A stretch of DNA of 64,000 bases from NCBI RefSeq assembly GCF_963921235.1, contig NC_086097.1:121894001-121958000 (forward strand), in the 5' to 3' direction. Below the pieces are notes generated by a model that was not told where the DNA came from, ran no database searches, and saw only the letters and a list, made by a program, of their open reading frames with translations. The stretch comes from Mobula hypostoma (Eukaryota). Both the position numbers and the translations under genes were made by a program. Each line of letters starts with the position of its first letter. Position 1 is the first letter of the stretch. This document shows, in pieces, positions 1-12,560 of this stretch.

Positions 1-329
1 CAACTCACCCCTTCCAACATGCACCTCCTTCTTTGTAGCATTGCAAATTCTTTTCTCACAATATAATAATCCAATTTCCCTCCAAAGGCCAGAAGAGAAC
101 CTGTCTTTCCCACACCATCAGGCATTGTATTCCAGATAACAACACAAGCGTGCATCATAGAAAAAGCTTTTCTTCACATCGCTCTTCATTCTCCTTCCTC
201 TAACTTACATCCGTGACCTTCTGTCAACAATCTTTCCAGTGAAAGGAACAGTTTCCCAGTGTTCGCTCTGCCCAATTTTCTTGACATTTTATATACTTCT
301 ATCACAAAGAAGGCATGGCATCACCTCTA

Positions 330-830
330 GTGGAACGTAGTCCATTACAGGCAAAGCCCTCCCCACCATTGATCACATATACAAGGAGTACTGCCACAAG
401 AAAGCAGAATCCATCATTAACGACCCCACCATCCAGGCAATGCTCTCTTCTCGTTGCTGCCATCAGGAAGGAGGTATAGGAGCCTTAGGTCTCACAGCAT
501 CAGGTTCAGGAAGTTATTATCATTCAACCATCAGGCTCCTGAACCAGCATTGGTAATTTCATTTGATTCAAATTTTAATGGATCCCAAAACATATGGACT
601 TAGTTTCAAGGGCTGTACAACTCATGTTTTCAATATTATTTATTTGATTTTTTAAAATATTTGCACAGATTGCCTTCTTTTGAATGTTAGTTGTTTGTTA
701 GACTTTGTTGTGTGTAGTTTTTCATTGATATTGTATTTCTCTGTTCTACTGTGAATGCCTGAAAGAAAATAAATTTCAAAGTTAATTTATGGTGACACAT
801 ATGTACTTTAATAATAAATTTACTTTGAAC
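330..830 (+). mobile_element. Rex/Babar-type LINE 3' fragment
   Basis: Decayed C-terminal reading (IYKEYCHKKAESIINDPHHPGNALFSLLPSGRRYRSL) plus AT-rich 3' UTR ending aataataaatttactttgaac. The same tail recurs many times in the window. Confidence 0.7.
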
Positions 831-953
831 ATCATCCTCTCCTCTCCAACGGAAACAGCCCCATCTTCTCCAACTTATTTATATATCTGAGGCCCTCTTC
901 CCAGCAAACATTCTTGTAAATTTCATGTGGATCCTCTCTACTGCATGCCCATC

Positions 954-1384
954 TGTCACACCTTGAACTGGCCACTGGAGGGAGGCAGAGATGAGAATGC
1001 CAACCCCTTCCTGCTCACCTGCCTATTAGGCTAACTATTAGTTCATTGTTATCACCTGTGACTTGTTTGTAGCCCTACATACATTCCAAGTTCCTAGTTC
1101 CTTGTTCCTTGTTCCTTGTTTCTTTGCTGAGTCTTGGAGTAAGTGAAGCTGTTTGTAGGTATTTCTAGTTTCTGAAATTCTAGTTAATTTTTTTGGATTT
1201 TAACTTTGCCTGTGAGTTTTTCTTTTTGGCACCTCCGTCTAGACCTTGCCTGCTAAGGAATCTAGTAAAGCTTTATTGGATTTTGTTTCCTCTAATCTTG
1301 CGTGACTTTTCCTTGCAGTTGCGTTCACCACTATTCAGCTTGAGGGAAGTTAAAACTGAAGAAGTTACCTAGTTAGTTGTGACA
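954..1384. mobile_element. Solo LTR (431 bp) inserted in an old CR1 fragment
   Basis: Begins TGTCACA, ends TGTGACA (7-bp terminal inverted repeat); perfect 5-bp TSD CCATC at 949-953 and 1385-1389. Confidence 0.85.
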
Positions 1385-3001
1385 CCATCCTTCTAAAAAT
1401 GAGCCATTCAGAGATGGACACAATTCTGTAGTTCAGACTGGACCACTGTTTAATACAAGTTCAGCATGACTATATTAATAAAATCCAGAATGTTTTACTA
1501 AATGCTGTCTTAATCTGCCCTGCCATTTTGAAAGTCTAGTACACAGATAACCTATGCCTCTCCTCTTTTACACCATTTTTAGAATAGTTTCCTTTATCTA
1601 ACATTGCCTTTTCTCATTGTTCCAACCAAAACACACCTCCACTTCTCAATATTACACTGCAACTTCCTTGCATCTGCTCCTTCCACCAAACTTTTTCATT
1701 TTATCAGCATTGTCTTTGCAGTTCACAATATTCCCAAGTTTTGTCGCATTTGAATGTTTAGAAACAATTTGGAGATTCTGAGCATGAAGCTGATCTGCCC
1801 CAGTAAATGCATTCATTGTTGGTCATCAGCCTACCCAAATGCATTTTGCTCTGAATTTGACAGGTATGATTTAAAATAGATGCACTATCAGCTCATTTTG
1901 TATTAATGGCACTGCTCTTATCTATGTCAGCACATCTCAAGAGGGGTGAAAAATCCATTAAACTTCAAAAACACTTTCTGCAGTTAATGACACAATAATT
2001 TGCAGACTATGCAAATTTTGCAAATTTGCAACAAGGCATATTCAGAGTAGAATGGTTCAGACTTAATTTTTATGTTAAATTTGCATTTTATCCAGCACAT
2101 GATCACAGTTGTCTCATATCATTCAATGGCGTTCAATAGAAGGGAATATAGAGAGAACCCCATTTTAACAGGGACTTCCAAAGACACTACAACTGCTGTT
2201 CTCAGAGCTCTTTATTTATTAATTATTATTATTTGTTTTTTTGTACATCGGTTGTTTGCCAGTCCTTGTAGTTTTTTTTTACTGATTCCATTGTTCTTTG
2301 TTCTACTTTGAATGCCTGCAAGAAAATGAAATTTCAGGACAGTGCATGGTGATATATTGTACTTTGATAATCTACTTTGAACAAAAGTGAAAGGTGAAGT
2401 ACACAAATTCGACAAAACTTTTGGATTTCAACATTTAACCTTGAATTTGAACTCACTTCATGTGATATGATATTTGTCCATGAGTAACCGCAAGCACCAT
2501 TAGCCTGACCATTAGTTTGGCAGCCAAATCTGTGTTTAGTATGCATGGAAGCTACAGTTCCAGCCACACACAATCTTGTAAAACTCTCAATGCTCATTAT
2601 GCAGCAGGGTACCCATTGCAGCAAGCTCTTAACTTTTAAATATTTTTATTCTGACAAACCTTCCAGCCAAAATAACTATTGATGTATATTCACGTAAACA
2701 CCTCCGGTATGGGCAGCACACAGATTTTCTTGTATGTTTTATCAGCAAATTTTGTACCAAAATGATAGCAATATAAGAAAGCACATTTAAAACATCTGTA
2801 CTCGGCACAATGACAATAACGTTGAATCTAATCTAATCTAATTTAGACTAGTTTGAATGGTAGAGCATTGAGATTTGTGCATGACCACAACCTCACCATC
2901 CCATTAACATGTACATGTCTCATGAAATTGTTTTGCAGCAGCAGTACAATGAAATATAGAATATACTATAAATTACAATTAAAATGTACATTAAATATGT
3001 A

Positions 3002-3495
3002 CACTCAGTAGCCATTTTATTAGGCATCCCCTGTACCTAATAAAATGGACACTAAATGTATGTTTGTGGTCTTTTGCGGTAACCCATCCAGTTCAAGGTT
3101 TGACGTGCTATGCATTCAAAGATGCTCCTCTGCACACCATTGTTGTAATGTGTGGTTATCTGAGCTACTCTCACCTTCCTGTCAGCTTGAACCAGTTTGG
3201 CCATTCTTCTCTAATTAGATTTGTTTTTGGTTTTTTTTGCATCATTTTCTGTAAATACCAGAGACTGCAGTGCATGAAAATCCCAGAAGATCAGCAGTTT
3301 CTGAGATTCTTAAGCCATCCCATCTGGCACCAACAATCATCCCACAGTCAAAGCCACTGAGATCACATACCTTCCCCATTCTGATATTTGAGCAACTACT
3401 GAATCTCTTGACCATGTCTGCATGCTTCTACGCATTGAGCTGTTGCCACATGATTGGCTGATTAGATATCTGCATTAACGAAAGGCTGTACACGT
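3002..3495. mobile_element. Tc1/mariner-type non-autonomous element with a TIR-TIR cap at its left end
   Basis: TA + CACTCAGTAGCCATTTTATTAGG TIR; body homologous to copies at 42373, 44462 and 58643. Confidence 0.75.
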
Positions 3496-4339
3496 GCATC
3501 AATTGTTGCTTCTCGTACATTTTATGTATTGCACTGAACTGCAACAAAACAATTAATCTTATGACATATGTCAATGATAATCCTGAGTCTGATTCAGATT
3601 CTATTTCTGTTTAGGCATGAGTCAATTGGCAAAATAAGAGGAAGGTGAAGGTAGTAAGAAAAGACGAACAAGCTGGTTGAATGACTGAATAAAACAATGT
3701 GGTGAAGTATAAAATAATACATGTTAACAGCAAAAAATATAAAGAGGTAACATAGACTAAATGGCACAGTCCTAAGGGGTATGAAGGAAAAGAGTGATGT
3801 GCACATGTACTGTATATTTTTCTCCTCTGTTAGTGAGGCACATGGGATATTAGGATGTGGGTTGAGAGAACATTTACTTGAGCTGTTCAAGATCATAACT
3901 TGATTTGATGGGGAGATGCAGGATCAGAAAACTGATGCCAAAAGTAAAAGGGGAGATGTAAAGGCTTTCCTTTTTAGGTGATGATCTGGAAGAATTTGCC
4001 TGTAAGCGTGGAAGAAACCAAATCATTCACTGCCTTCAGAAAAAAAATTGATAAACGTTTGAGAGAATATAATTTTTAAACTAAGAGTAAAGAGCAGGGG
4101 AACAAGAATAAATGGGATTACTCTACAAGGAGCTAGCATTGATTTGATAATCTGATGGCTTCTATGTTGAAATGACTCTACTAGGAGCTCAATGTCCATT
4201 TTACATTTCTTGACATCCTATCTCCTCTTACTTGCAGAATGCTCTGAAACATGTTGCTTCCTGACCTAGATTCTTCAATCACTCCATGCACAACACCGGG
4301 AGGTCTAGCTCACAGACTGTAGACACACCAACCTTTAAT

Positions 4340-4730
4340 TCATCATCATTATGTGTCATGTCATATGTTGTAGGTAATCATGGTGCATTGAGCATGATTG
4401 TTCTTGGCAAATTTGCCACTGCCTTCTGGGTAGTGTCTTTACAAGACTGGTGACTCCAGCCATTATCAATGAGATCAGAGATCTTCAGAGATTGTCTGCC
4501 TGGTGGTCAGTGTTTGCATAACAAAGACTTGTGATATGCTCTAGCAGCCCATACGACCATTGTCCACCTGCTTCCATGGCTTCACATGACCCTGAATGGC
4601 GGGGGGGGGAGGGAGTGGTGCAGCAGAGAGGGTAAGCATGTGCTGCACCTGTTCCAAGGGCACCCTACAGGCTAGCAGGGGGAAGGAACGCCTTGCACAT
4701 CCTTTGGTAGAGATGTACCTTCACCCTGTC
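4340..4730 (-). mobile_element. Non-autonomous RTE-related SINE-like repeat
   Basis: Short (CAT)n tail at left, ggcaaatttgccactgccttct motif typical of RTE-derived SINEs, GC-rich structured 5' part. Family assignment is from recall. Confidence 0.5.
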
Positions 4731-4824
4731 ACACATCATTTCAATTAATGTGGATTACAGGAATGGTGCAGTGGCCTGTACAGAGGCACTGTTGGTTCAA
4801 GTCCCAGTCTAGATATTTACAGTA

Positions 4825-5845
4825 TAGAACATTATAGTACAGTACAGACTCTTTGTCACACCAATATTGTGATGACCTCGTAACCATCTCTATGATCAAT
4901 CTAACCCTTTCCTTCTATACAGCCCTCCATTTTACGATCAACTATGTGCCTGTTCAAGAGTCTCAAATGTCCCTAATGTATTTGCTTCTTCGACCGCTCC
5001 AGCAGAGTGCTCCATAGACCCACCACACTCTCTGTTGGGGGGGGGAACGTGCCCTTGTCTTCCCCCTTTTCTTTCATCCAATCACCTTAAAATAATACCC
5101 CCTTGTATTAGCCATTGGTGCGGTGGAAAAACGTCTCTGGCAATGCAGTTGATCTATGCCTCATACCATCTTGACAGCTCTATCAAGTCACTTTTTATTC
5201 TCCTTCCCTCCAGAGAGAAAAAGCTTAACTTGCTAATATTCTCGTAAAACATGTCCTCTAAACCAGGCAGCATCCTGGACCATCCACTGCACCAACTCTA
5301 AAGCTTCCATATCCTTTCTATGATGAGGTGACAAGAAATGAACACAATATTCTTAGCAAGGTCTAACCAGGGATTTTTTTCAGATGCAATATTACTTCTT
5401 GAAGTCAATCTTTGACTAATGAAATTAAAAACACCATACAACTTCTTAACAATCCTATCAACCTGCATGTCAACTTTGAGGGATCTGTGGACATGGACCT
5501 GAAGATCCCTCTGTTCCTGCATACTGCTAAGAATCCTATCATTAACCCTGTATTCCATCTTCAAGTTTAATCTTCCAAAGTGAATCACTTCACATTTTTC
5601 CACATTGAACTCCATCTGCCTCTTCTCAGCCCTGCTCTGTATCCTGTCTATGTGCCTTTATAAACTACAACCACTTTCTACACAATTCACAAAACCACTA
5701 ACCTTCATCTACAAATTTACAAACCCAGCCTTCTACTTCCTCATCTGGGTCATTTATAAGAATCATAAAGAGCAGGAGTCCCAAAACACATCCCTGCGGA
5801 ACACCTCTGGTACCGACCTCCAGGCAGAATACACTCCATCTACAC
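4825..5845 (-). mobile_element. CR1 LINE 3' portion (decayed RT C-terminus and tail)
   Basis: ORF 5298-5615 MEFNVEKCEVIHFGR...QRDL..VHRSLKV; CR1-type 3' tail near 4825. Confidence 0.85.
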
Positions 5846-6384
5846 AAGCTACCACTCCAGCACAGACTTCAGGGAAGGATGGTTTCATAGATTAGTGATA
5901 ATCCAGACACCATAGTCTTCAAATGGAATCATAAATGAGCCATGTGCCAATCTTGTAGATGACCCATGGAGCTCCTGTTAATGTCCTGTCCAATAGATCA
6001 TAGAACATTATAACACAGTACAATCCTTTGGCCCATGACGTGTCAACCCTTAAACCTGCACTAAGATCAATTTATCCAATTTAAAAGCAACATCACAGTT
6101 GTTACCACTTTGAACTTCATGCGACTTTCCTATAATCAAATTGTTCCTGAGTGCAAGCATACTTCTGTAAACCTGCTTCGGGACACCAGTCTCTTGTTTC
6201 TTCCAACAAGTGTAAAATCTCAGATCATATGCTCATTATTCCCTGATGTGCACTGCTTAATGTAATCTGAAAGAGAATCAGATGTAAAATTTAATGCCAA
6301 TCAATATGTTCATACTGAGACAGGATTTTAACTTTCTCCTTTGAAAACCATGCATATTTCTGAACAGTCCAGAGAAAATTTGAG

Positions 6385-7923
6385 GAACACACATCAAAGT
6401 TGCTGGTGAACGCAGCAGGCCAGGCAGCATCTATAGGAAGAGGCGCAGTCGACGTTTCAGGCCGAGACCCTTCGTCAGGACTAACTGAAGGAAGAGTGAG
6501 TAAGGGATTTGAAAGCTGGAGGGGGAGGGGGAGATGCAAAATGATAGGAGAAGACAGGAGGGGGAGGGATGGAGCCGAGAGCTGGACAGGTGATAGGCAG
6601 AAGGGGATACGAGAGGATCATGGGACAGGAGGTCCGGGAAGAAAGACGGAGGGGGGGGGTGACCCAGAGGATGGGCAAGAGGTATATTCAGAGGGACAGA
6701 GGGAGAAAAAGGAGAGTGAGAGAAAGAATGTGTGCATAAAAAAGAGTAACAGATGGGGTACGAGGGGGAGGTGGGGCCTAGCGGAAGTTAGAGAAGTCAA
6801 TGTTCATGCCATCAGGTTGGAGGCTACCCATACGGAATATAAGGTGTTGTTCCTCCAACCTGAGTGTGGCTTCATCTTTACAGTAGAGGAGGCCGTGGAT
6901 AGACATGTCAGAATGGGAATGGGATGTGGAATTAAAATGTGTGGCCACTGGGAGATCCTGCTTTCTCTGGCGGACAGAGCGTAGATGTTCAGCAAAGCGA
7001 TCTCCCAGTCTGCGTCGGGTCTCACCAATATATAAAAGGCCATATCGGGAGCACCGGACGCAGTATATCACCCCAGTCGACTCACAGGTGAAGTGATGCC
7101 TCACCTGGAAGGACTGTTTGGGGCCCTGAATGGTGGTAAGGGAGGAAGTGTAAGGGCATGTGTAGCACTTGTTCCGCTTACACGGATAAGTGCCAGGAGG
7201 GAGATCAGTGGGGAGGGATGGGGGGGGGGACGAATGGACAAGGGAGTTGTGTAGGGAGCGATCCCTGCGGAATGCAGAGAGGGGGGGGAGGGAAAGATAT
7301 GCTTAGTGGTGGGATCCCGTTGGAGGTGGCGGAAGTTACGGAGAATAATATGTTGGACCCGGAGGCTAGTGGGGTGGTAGGTGAGAACCAGGGGAACCCT
7401 ATTCCTAGTGGGGTGGTGGGAGGATGGAGTGAGAGCAGATGTACGTGAAATGGGGGAGATGCGTTTAAGAGCAGAGTTGATAGTGGAGGAAGGGAAGCCC
7501 CTTTCTTTAAAAAATGAAGACATCTCCCTTGTCCTAGAATGAAAAGCCTCATCCTGAGAGCAGATGCGGCGGAGACGGAGGAATTGCGAGAAGGGGATGG
7601 CGTTTTTGCAAGAGACAGGGTGAGAAGAGGAATAGTCCAGATAGCTGTGAGGGTCAGTAGGCTTATAGTAGACATCAGTGGATAAGCTGTCTCCAGAGAC
7701 AGAGACAGAAAGATCTAGAAAGGGGAGGGAGGTGTCGGAAATGGACCAGGTAAACTTGAGGGCAGGGTGAAAGTTGGAGGCAAAGTTAATAAAGTCAACG
7801 AGTTCTGCATGCGTGCAGGAAGCAGCGCCAATGCAGTCGTCGATGTAGCGAAGGAAAAGTGGGGGACAGATACCAGAATAGGCACGGAACATAGATTGTT
7901 CCACAAACCCAACAAAAAGGCAG
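6385..7923 (-). mobile_element. 5'-truncated Penelope-like retroelement (Neptune type): RT C-terminus, Cys linker, GIY-YIG endonuclease, 3' pseudo-LTR with hammerhead
   Basis: FLRYIDDCIG RT motif; PCKRNKCYTC linker; GVIYCVRCSRYGLLYIGET GIY-YIG; stop at 6778; frameshift(s) in the G-runs near 7220-7290. Confidence 0.93.
6447..6482 (-). ncRNA. Minimal type-I hammerhead ribozyme motif (intact core)
   Basis: Minus strand AGTC-CTGACGA-AGG-GTCTCGG-CCT-GAA-ACGT-C-GACT: helix I AGUC/GACU, CUGANGA core, helix II AGG/CCU, GAAAC, palindromic helix III ACGU, GUC cleavage triplet. Confidence 0.88.
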
Positions 7924-8329
7924 CAAAAAAAAAAACCCAACAAAAATTTGAGGGTCTGGTTGACCACTTTTCCTGTAGCATGCAGAAAGACCAGAGTGGG
8001 ACTTGTGTCTTTTATGTTCCTTTTCTCTGCATCTACCATTTGAAACTCGGATGGAGGCTAACGAGAAACAGAATGAAGATAGTACCTCGTGGCAGGCTAC
8101 CTTGCTCATTCTAATCTAAAGAAGGGTGACAGTGCATGGAAACTGAAGGATTTTACAGTCAGCATGGAGGAGAGTGTACTGGGGGATGCAAACTGAATGA
8201 GCAGCTCACAGAGGAGTTGAACAAATTCTGATCTCTCGAGAGAGCAGAGATCACATATTCAGAGATGTGGAGATTTATTTGTAGCATGACTTTGTTAATT
8301 GAATGGATGTAGTTGGGGTGTTATGGAGC

Positions 8330-8820
8330 ATCCAGGGAGGGCTAGCACCTCTGGTAAAGGGACCATTGAGGGGCTGCTCAGTCACCTTTAGTCCCCACCA
8401 GGCACTGAGAGCTCAGCTGTGGCTCCAAGTAATGCAACAGCAGCCACACCCCAGTACTTCACTTCGACAGATGGCCTAAGCCAGGTGAGGGTAGTCAGCG
8501 GGCCTCGTACTCCAGTGAGATAGGGATGTGCCTGGCTTAACATGTGATATTAGCTCCAGTGGAGCTGGGCAGGTGAGATCAACAGTGAGATCCAATGATT
8601 AGGAAGGCAGTTCTGCAATGCTTTGTGGAGAACAAAGGGCACGGTCATCCACTGCAACAATGGAAGGCCCCAGGTACGATGACTACTCATTTCACTGGAT
8701 CTGGTCTTCCAAGGCTAAGGGAATAGAACTGCCCAAGTACAATGGCTTTTCCACTTTGAAGAACTCTTTTGCACAGATTTCTCTGTCATTATCTGATGCG
8801 ATGAACAATCAATTAATCAT
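8330..8820 (+). mobile_element. Probable non-autonomous RTE-related interspersed repeat
   Basis: GC-rich structured 5' segment (gggagggctagcacctctggt...), no real ORF, short repeat tail. Assignment from recall only. Confidence 0.4.
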
Positions 8821-11021
8821 CGATCTTGGTGTTAGGGAACCTTCAGTGGATGATACTCGGGGTGAGAAAATTCATTCTGTACATCTACCTTATTTTAAAC
8901 ACCAGCCTCTTTGCCATTGCCTCTATCCTCTGGCACGAAAACCACCCTCCCTCCACTGACTCTGCTTTCCTTCCCATAGCCTTGGGAAAGCAGCCCATAA
9001 TTAAAGACCCCTCTCACCCAGTCAGTCTTTCTTCACCACCATCACCCCCCCCCCCCACATTTTGTAAGAGATATAAAAAGCTTGAATACATGCACTGCCA
9101 GGCTCGAAGACAGTTTCTATCCAGCTGTTAGAAGACTCTTGTATGATGAGAATGGACTCTAGATCTCTGAATCTTATTTATCATGGGCTTTGCAAGTTAT
9201 TTATCTACCTGCACTGGAATTTCTCTGAAACTATAACACCACTTTCTACATTCTGTTATTGTTTTTTTTCCTCTTTGTACTGCCTTGATGCACGTCTGCT
9301 TGGAATGATCTGTCTAGGTGGCATGCAAGTATATCTTGGTACATATGGCAATAACAGCAGTCACTGCAATATGCCTCTCTGGTCAATAGAGCTCTTAGTT
9401 ATAATGTGCCTTGGACAGGCATGAAAAGAGCAATAGATGAAGGGTTCTCGATCTTTGCTGCCATTGCATGAGTCATTGGATTACTAAGGCAGTGTCTGAT
9501 AAGCAATAATTATGAATGAGGCCACAACATATAAAACCCAAGGACAATCTCAATTTCAAATGTCTCCTTTCGAAGCAAATCATTACCCCTTTCATGTATC
9601 ATTTGCCAAAGTATCACATTTAAGCTCTTCCTCAGAGTTGTGTGGTTATGACGATGGACACTGTCAGAATGTGACAGGCATATTACCCGTTTTAGGTAGG
9701 TGTAAAGTGAAGGTAATGGGGTGAAGACATATTCTGTAGGGCTTAGAGAAGAGCCTCCTTTGGACTGTTTTAATTCAGAGGAAGTTTCCTGATTGGGAAG
9801 TTGTAACAACAGCCAGCAGTGATTCAGCAGCTGCCACCTGAGCTGCCTTGATTTTCTCTATGGTTCAATGTGGTCAGTACCCACCACCTTTCTCAATTGG
9901 CATTTCATATTAACCGTTCACTGTTTGGGAAATTAGTGTAGAGTGCAGTGGCTCATTTGCAAAGAATGCATGGCTACTGCACAAGAAAGGGAACATATAC
10001 ACAAAAAAGGGAACCTTGGGTAGGAGGCTACATTGAATCCACGGCAGTCCCACCAGACTTAACAACAGTCACTTTTCCCAAGTATCAGGCTGATCAACAC
10101 CTCTACCCATTATCCCATCCCTCCACCACTACTGTATCATTTCCTGTCAGAGTTACCTTCTATACAGATACTCCTGTACCTAACGTTGCTTTATGTACAT
10201 ACAATCAGTCTAAGTATATAAGGTAAGATTATGTATTTATATTTGTGTTATTTATGCTTTTTGTCTTTTTATGCTGCATTGGATCCAGAGTAATAATCAT
10301 TTCATTCTCCTTTACACTTGTGTACTGACAGATGACAACAAACAACAAAGCTGAACACTCCAAACCTAATTTTGTACCTTGTGTTCCTACTTTGCCCACT
10401 GAAGAAATATTTTATTTTGCATCTGAAAATGAGTTTTGTTTCTAATTTTGGAAAATCTTCTGCACATCTACGCCTTTTGATTTTCAATATGTTTCTATGA
10501 GACCCACCTCCCCCACCCCCACCATTTTTCTAAACTCCAGTGAGTACAGGCCCAGAGACAACAAACCCTTAATACATATTAACCAGTGCATTCCTGCGAC
10601 TGTAATGGAGGGCAGAAATGAGAACAAACCGTGATAGCAAACTGAAGTGCACTCCACATTTAATGCCAATTAACTTATCACTTCTGTGGAACTGGGCCAA
10701 CAGAAAAGGACTGTGACCTTGCATTATTTCCTGGACTCATTCTGAGCCGAGTGATCTGCCACGAACAACATCAACTAATCTCATAATTTCTGTGCTGTTT
10801 TTGACATTTTGTCAGTTCATCTTGACTAATCTTGAGCTTCTCGATGTTGCACACTGATTCATTAAGATAAGTTCTCTACGTGTGCGAGAGCAACCTCAAA
10901 TGTCACATAATTCACTATGTTCACTGCCCTCTGAGCAGTGAATGGTTCAGAAAAGGACACACTGGTATTAATTTTAATTGCGTGGAAGCTAATAAGGTGT
11001 TTGTCCCCTTGGTTCACTTGC

Positions 11022-11136
11022 CTTGTAAGCTATACAGTTCGCTGACACTGTTCTGCCTGGTAATGTGGTGCCAGTACGCACTCCGAGGAAGTGTTATCGT
11101 CATTAGTGTCATCTCATCACTCGGACTGGACTGCAG
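11022..11136 (-). CDS. DOK6: Docking protein 6, internal coding exon (115 bp): LQSSPSDEMTLMTITLPRSAYWHHITRQNSVSELYSLQ(G)
   Basis: Acceptor tttgtttctgtctttcag; starts in phase 0, matching the upstream exon. LPRSAYWHHITRQNSV matches DOK6. Donor is AG|GCAAGT. Not in the ORF track. Confidence 0.92.
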
Positions 11137-11230
11137 CTGAAAGACAGAAACAAAATTCAGTGTCAAATACCATATTCAGCCAAAAGAACATCTTTATAAG
11201 AATATATGACATCAAAAGTGAAAGGCTTAA

Positions 11231-11600
11231 ACATCAACACAAGAGATTCTGCAGATGCTGGAAACCTTTAGACGCACGCACACGCGGAAGGAGCACATGC
11301 TGGCAGGTGGCGGGTGAAACCAGGTGAAGGGGAGGTGGCTGGGGGAGGGGGAATGCAGTAAGAAGCTGGCAGGTGATAGGTGGAAGAGGAAAAGGGCTGA
11401 AGAAGGAGGAAACTGATAGGAGGGGAGAGTAGACGCTGGGAGGAGAGGAGAGTAGCCGCTGGGAGAAGGGGAAGGAGGAGGGGTACCAGCAGGAGGTGAT
11501 GGGCAGGTGAAGAGAAGGGGTAAGAGGGGAGCCAGAATGGGGAACGGAAAGAGAAAGAAAGAGGAGGGGGGAGAAATTGCCAGAAGATAGAGAAATCGAA
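11231..11600 (-). mobile_element. Degenerate Penelope 3' end (end of GIY-YIG, polypyrimidine tract, terminus)
   Basis: gagaaattgccagaagatagagaaatcga resembles the IDFSNF terminus; purine-rich tract on + strand; terminal aagagattctgcagatgctggaa. Confidence 0.7.
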
Positions 11601-11649
11601 TTTTGTGCTATCAGATCGGAAACTATCCAGGTGGAAAATGTGACCATGA

Positions 11650-12045
11650 GGCTAAGCACAGCTCCAGTGCCAAATTTAAATTTGCTGATGACACCACTGC
11701 CATGGGCCAAATCAAAGATGGTGACGAACCAGCATATAGCAGAGAGATTGAAAATCTGGCTGAGTGGTGCCACATCAACAAACTCTCATTCAATGTCACC
11801 AAGACCAAAGAGCTCTTTATGGACTTCAGGAGGAAGAAACCAGAGATTCATGCGCCAGTCCTCATTGAGGATCAGAGGTGGAGAGGGTCAGCACCTCTTA
11901 ATTCCTCAGTGTTAACATTTCAAAGGATCTGTCCTGGGCCCAGCAACTAAGTGCCATTACAAAGAAAGCGCGGCAGTGTTTCTACTTTCTTAGAAGTTTG
12001 CAAAGATTCAGAGTGACATCTAAAACTTTGACAAACTTCTATAGA
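11650..12045 (+). mobile_element. Rex/Babar LINE RT fragment
   Basis: KFADDTTAMGQIKDGDEPAYSREIENLAEWCHINKLSFNVTKTKELFMDFRR. Confidence 0.85.
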
Positions 12046-12439
12046 GAAAATTGCCATGATTCCCTTAATTATTTGGGACATTATGCCACTTAATTAGGAC
12101 AGGAGACTGTTGCTGAACATTCACTAACTAGCATCAGTTACGCACACTTACGTGGCTGTTAGATACCACACTGTGCTTAGAACAAACAGCTCTTAAATAG
12201 CATCAGTTGCATGTGTTTGTATTAAAAAAGCGGTGATTTTTGTCACTAATAGTTGGCAAGAAATAAGCAGTGAGACTATTCAGAACTGTTTTCCTCACTG
12301 GTTTCAAACATTCAGGTTTGAAGATGCCAAAAACAGCTGGGAATGAAAACAAAATTATTTTGCTACCTCAACAAGTTAGAAATTGTAAAGAATTTGAAAG
12401 TATCAACAAACATCTTCAAAACTAAGATTTGGAGGATTC

Positions 12440-12560
12440 AAGCAACACACATCAAAGTTGCTGGGGAATGCAGCAGGCCAGGCAGCATCTCTAGGAAGAG
12501 GTACAGTCGACGTTTCAGGCTGAGGCCCTTCGTCAGGACTAACTAAAGGAAGAGTTAGTA
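12440..12560 (-). mobile_element. About 120-bp Penelope 3'-terminal fragment carrying a hammerhead
   Basis: Near-identical to 6385-6500 (aacacacatcaaagttgctgg...cgtcaggactaact). Confidence 0.88.
12505..12540 (-). ncRNA. Minimal type-I hammerhead ribozyme motif (intact core)
   Basis: Minus strand AGTC-CTGACGA-AGG-GCCTCAG-CCT-GAA-ACGT-C-GACT; differs from the 6447 copy only in loop II. Confidence 0.88.

Noticed and set aside
6400..6984. 194-aa and similar G/E/R-rich or P/L/S-rich ORFs (also 11234-11773, 35843-36278)
   Set aside because: Low-complexity frames over the Penelope purine/pyrimidine tract.
1..11021. DOK6 terminal exon
   Set aside because: No TFPxY-like peptide behind an acceptor was found on the minus strand; probably outside the window.
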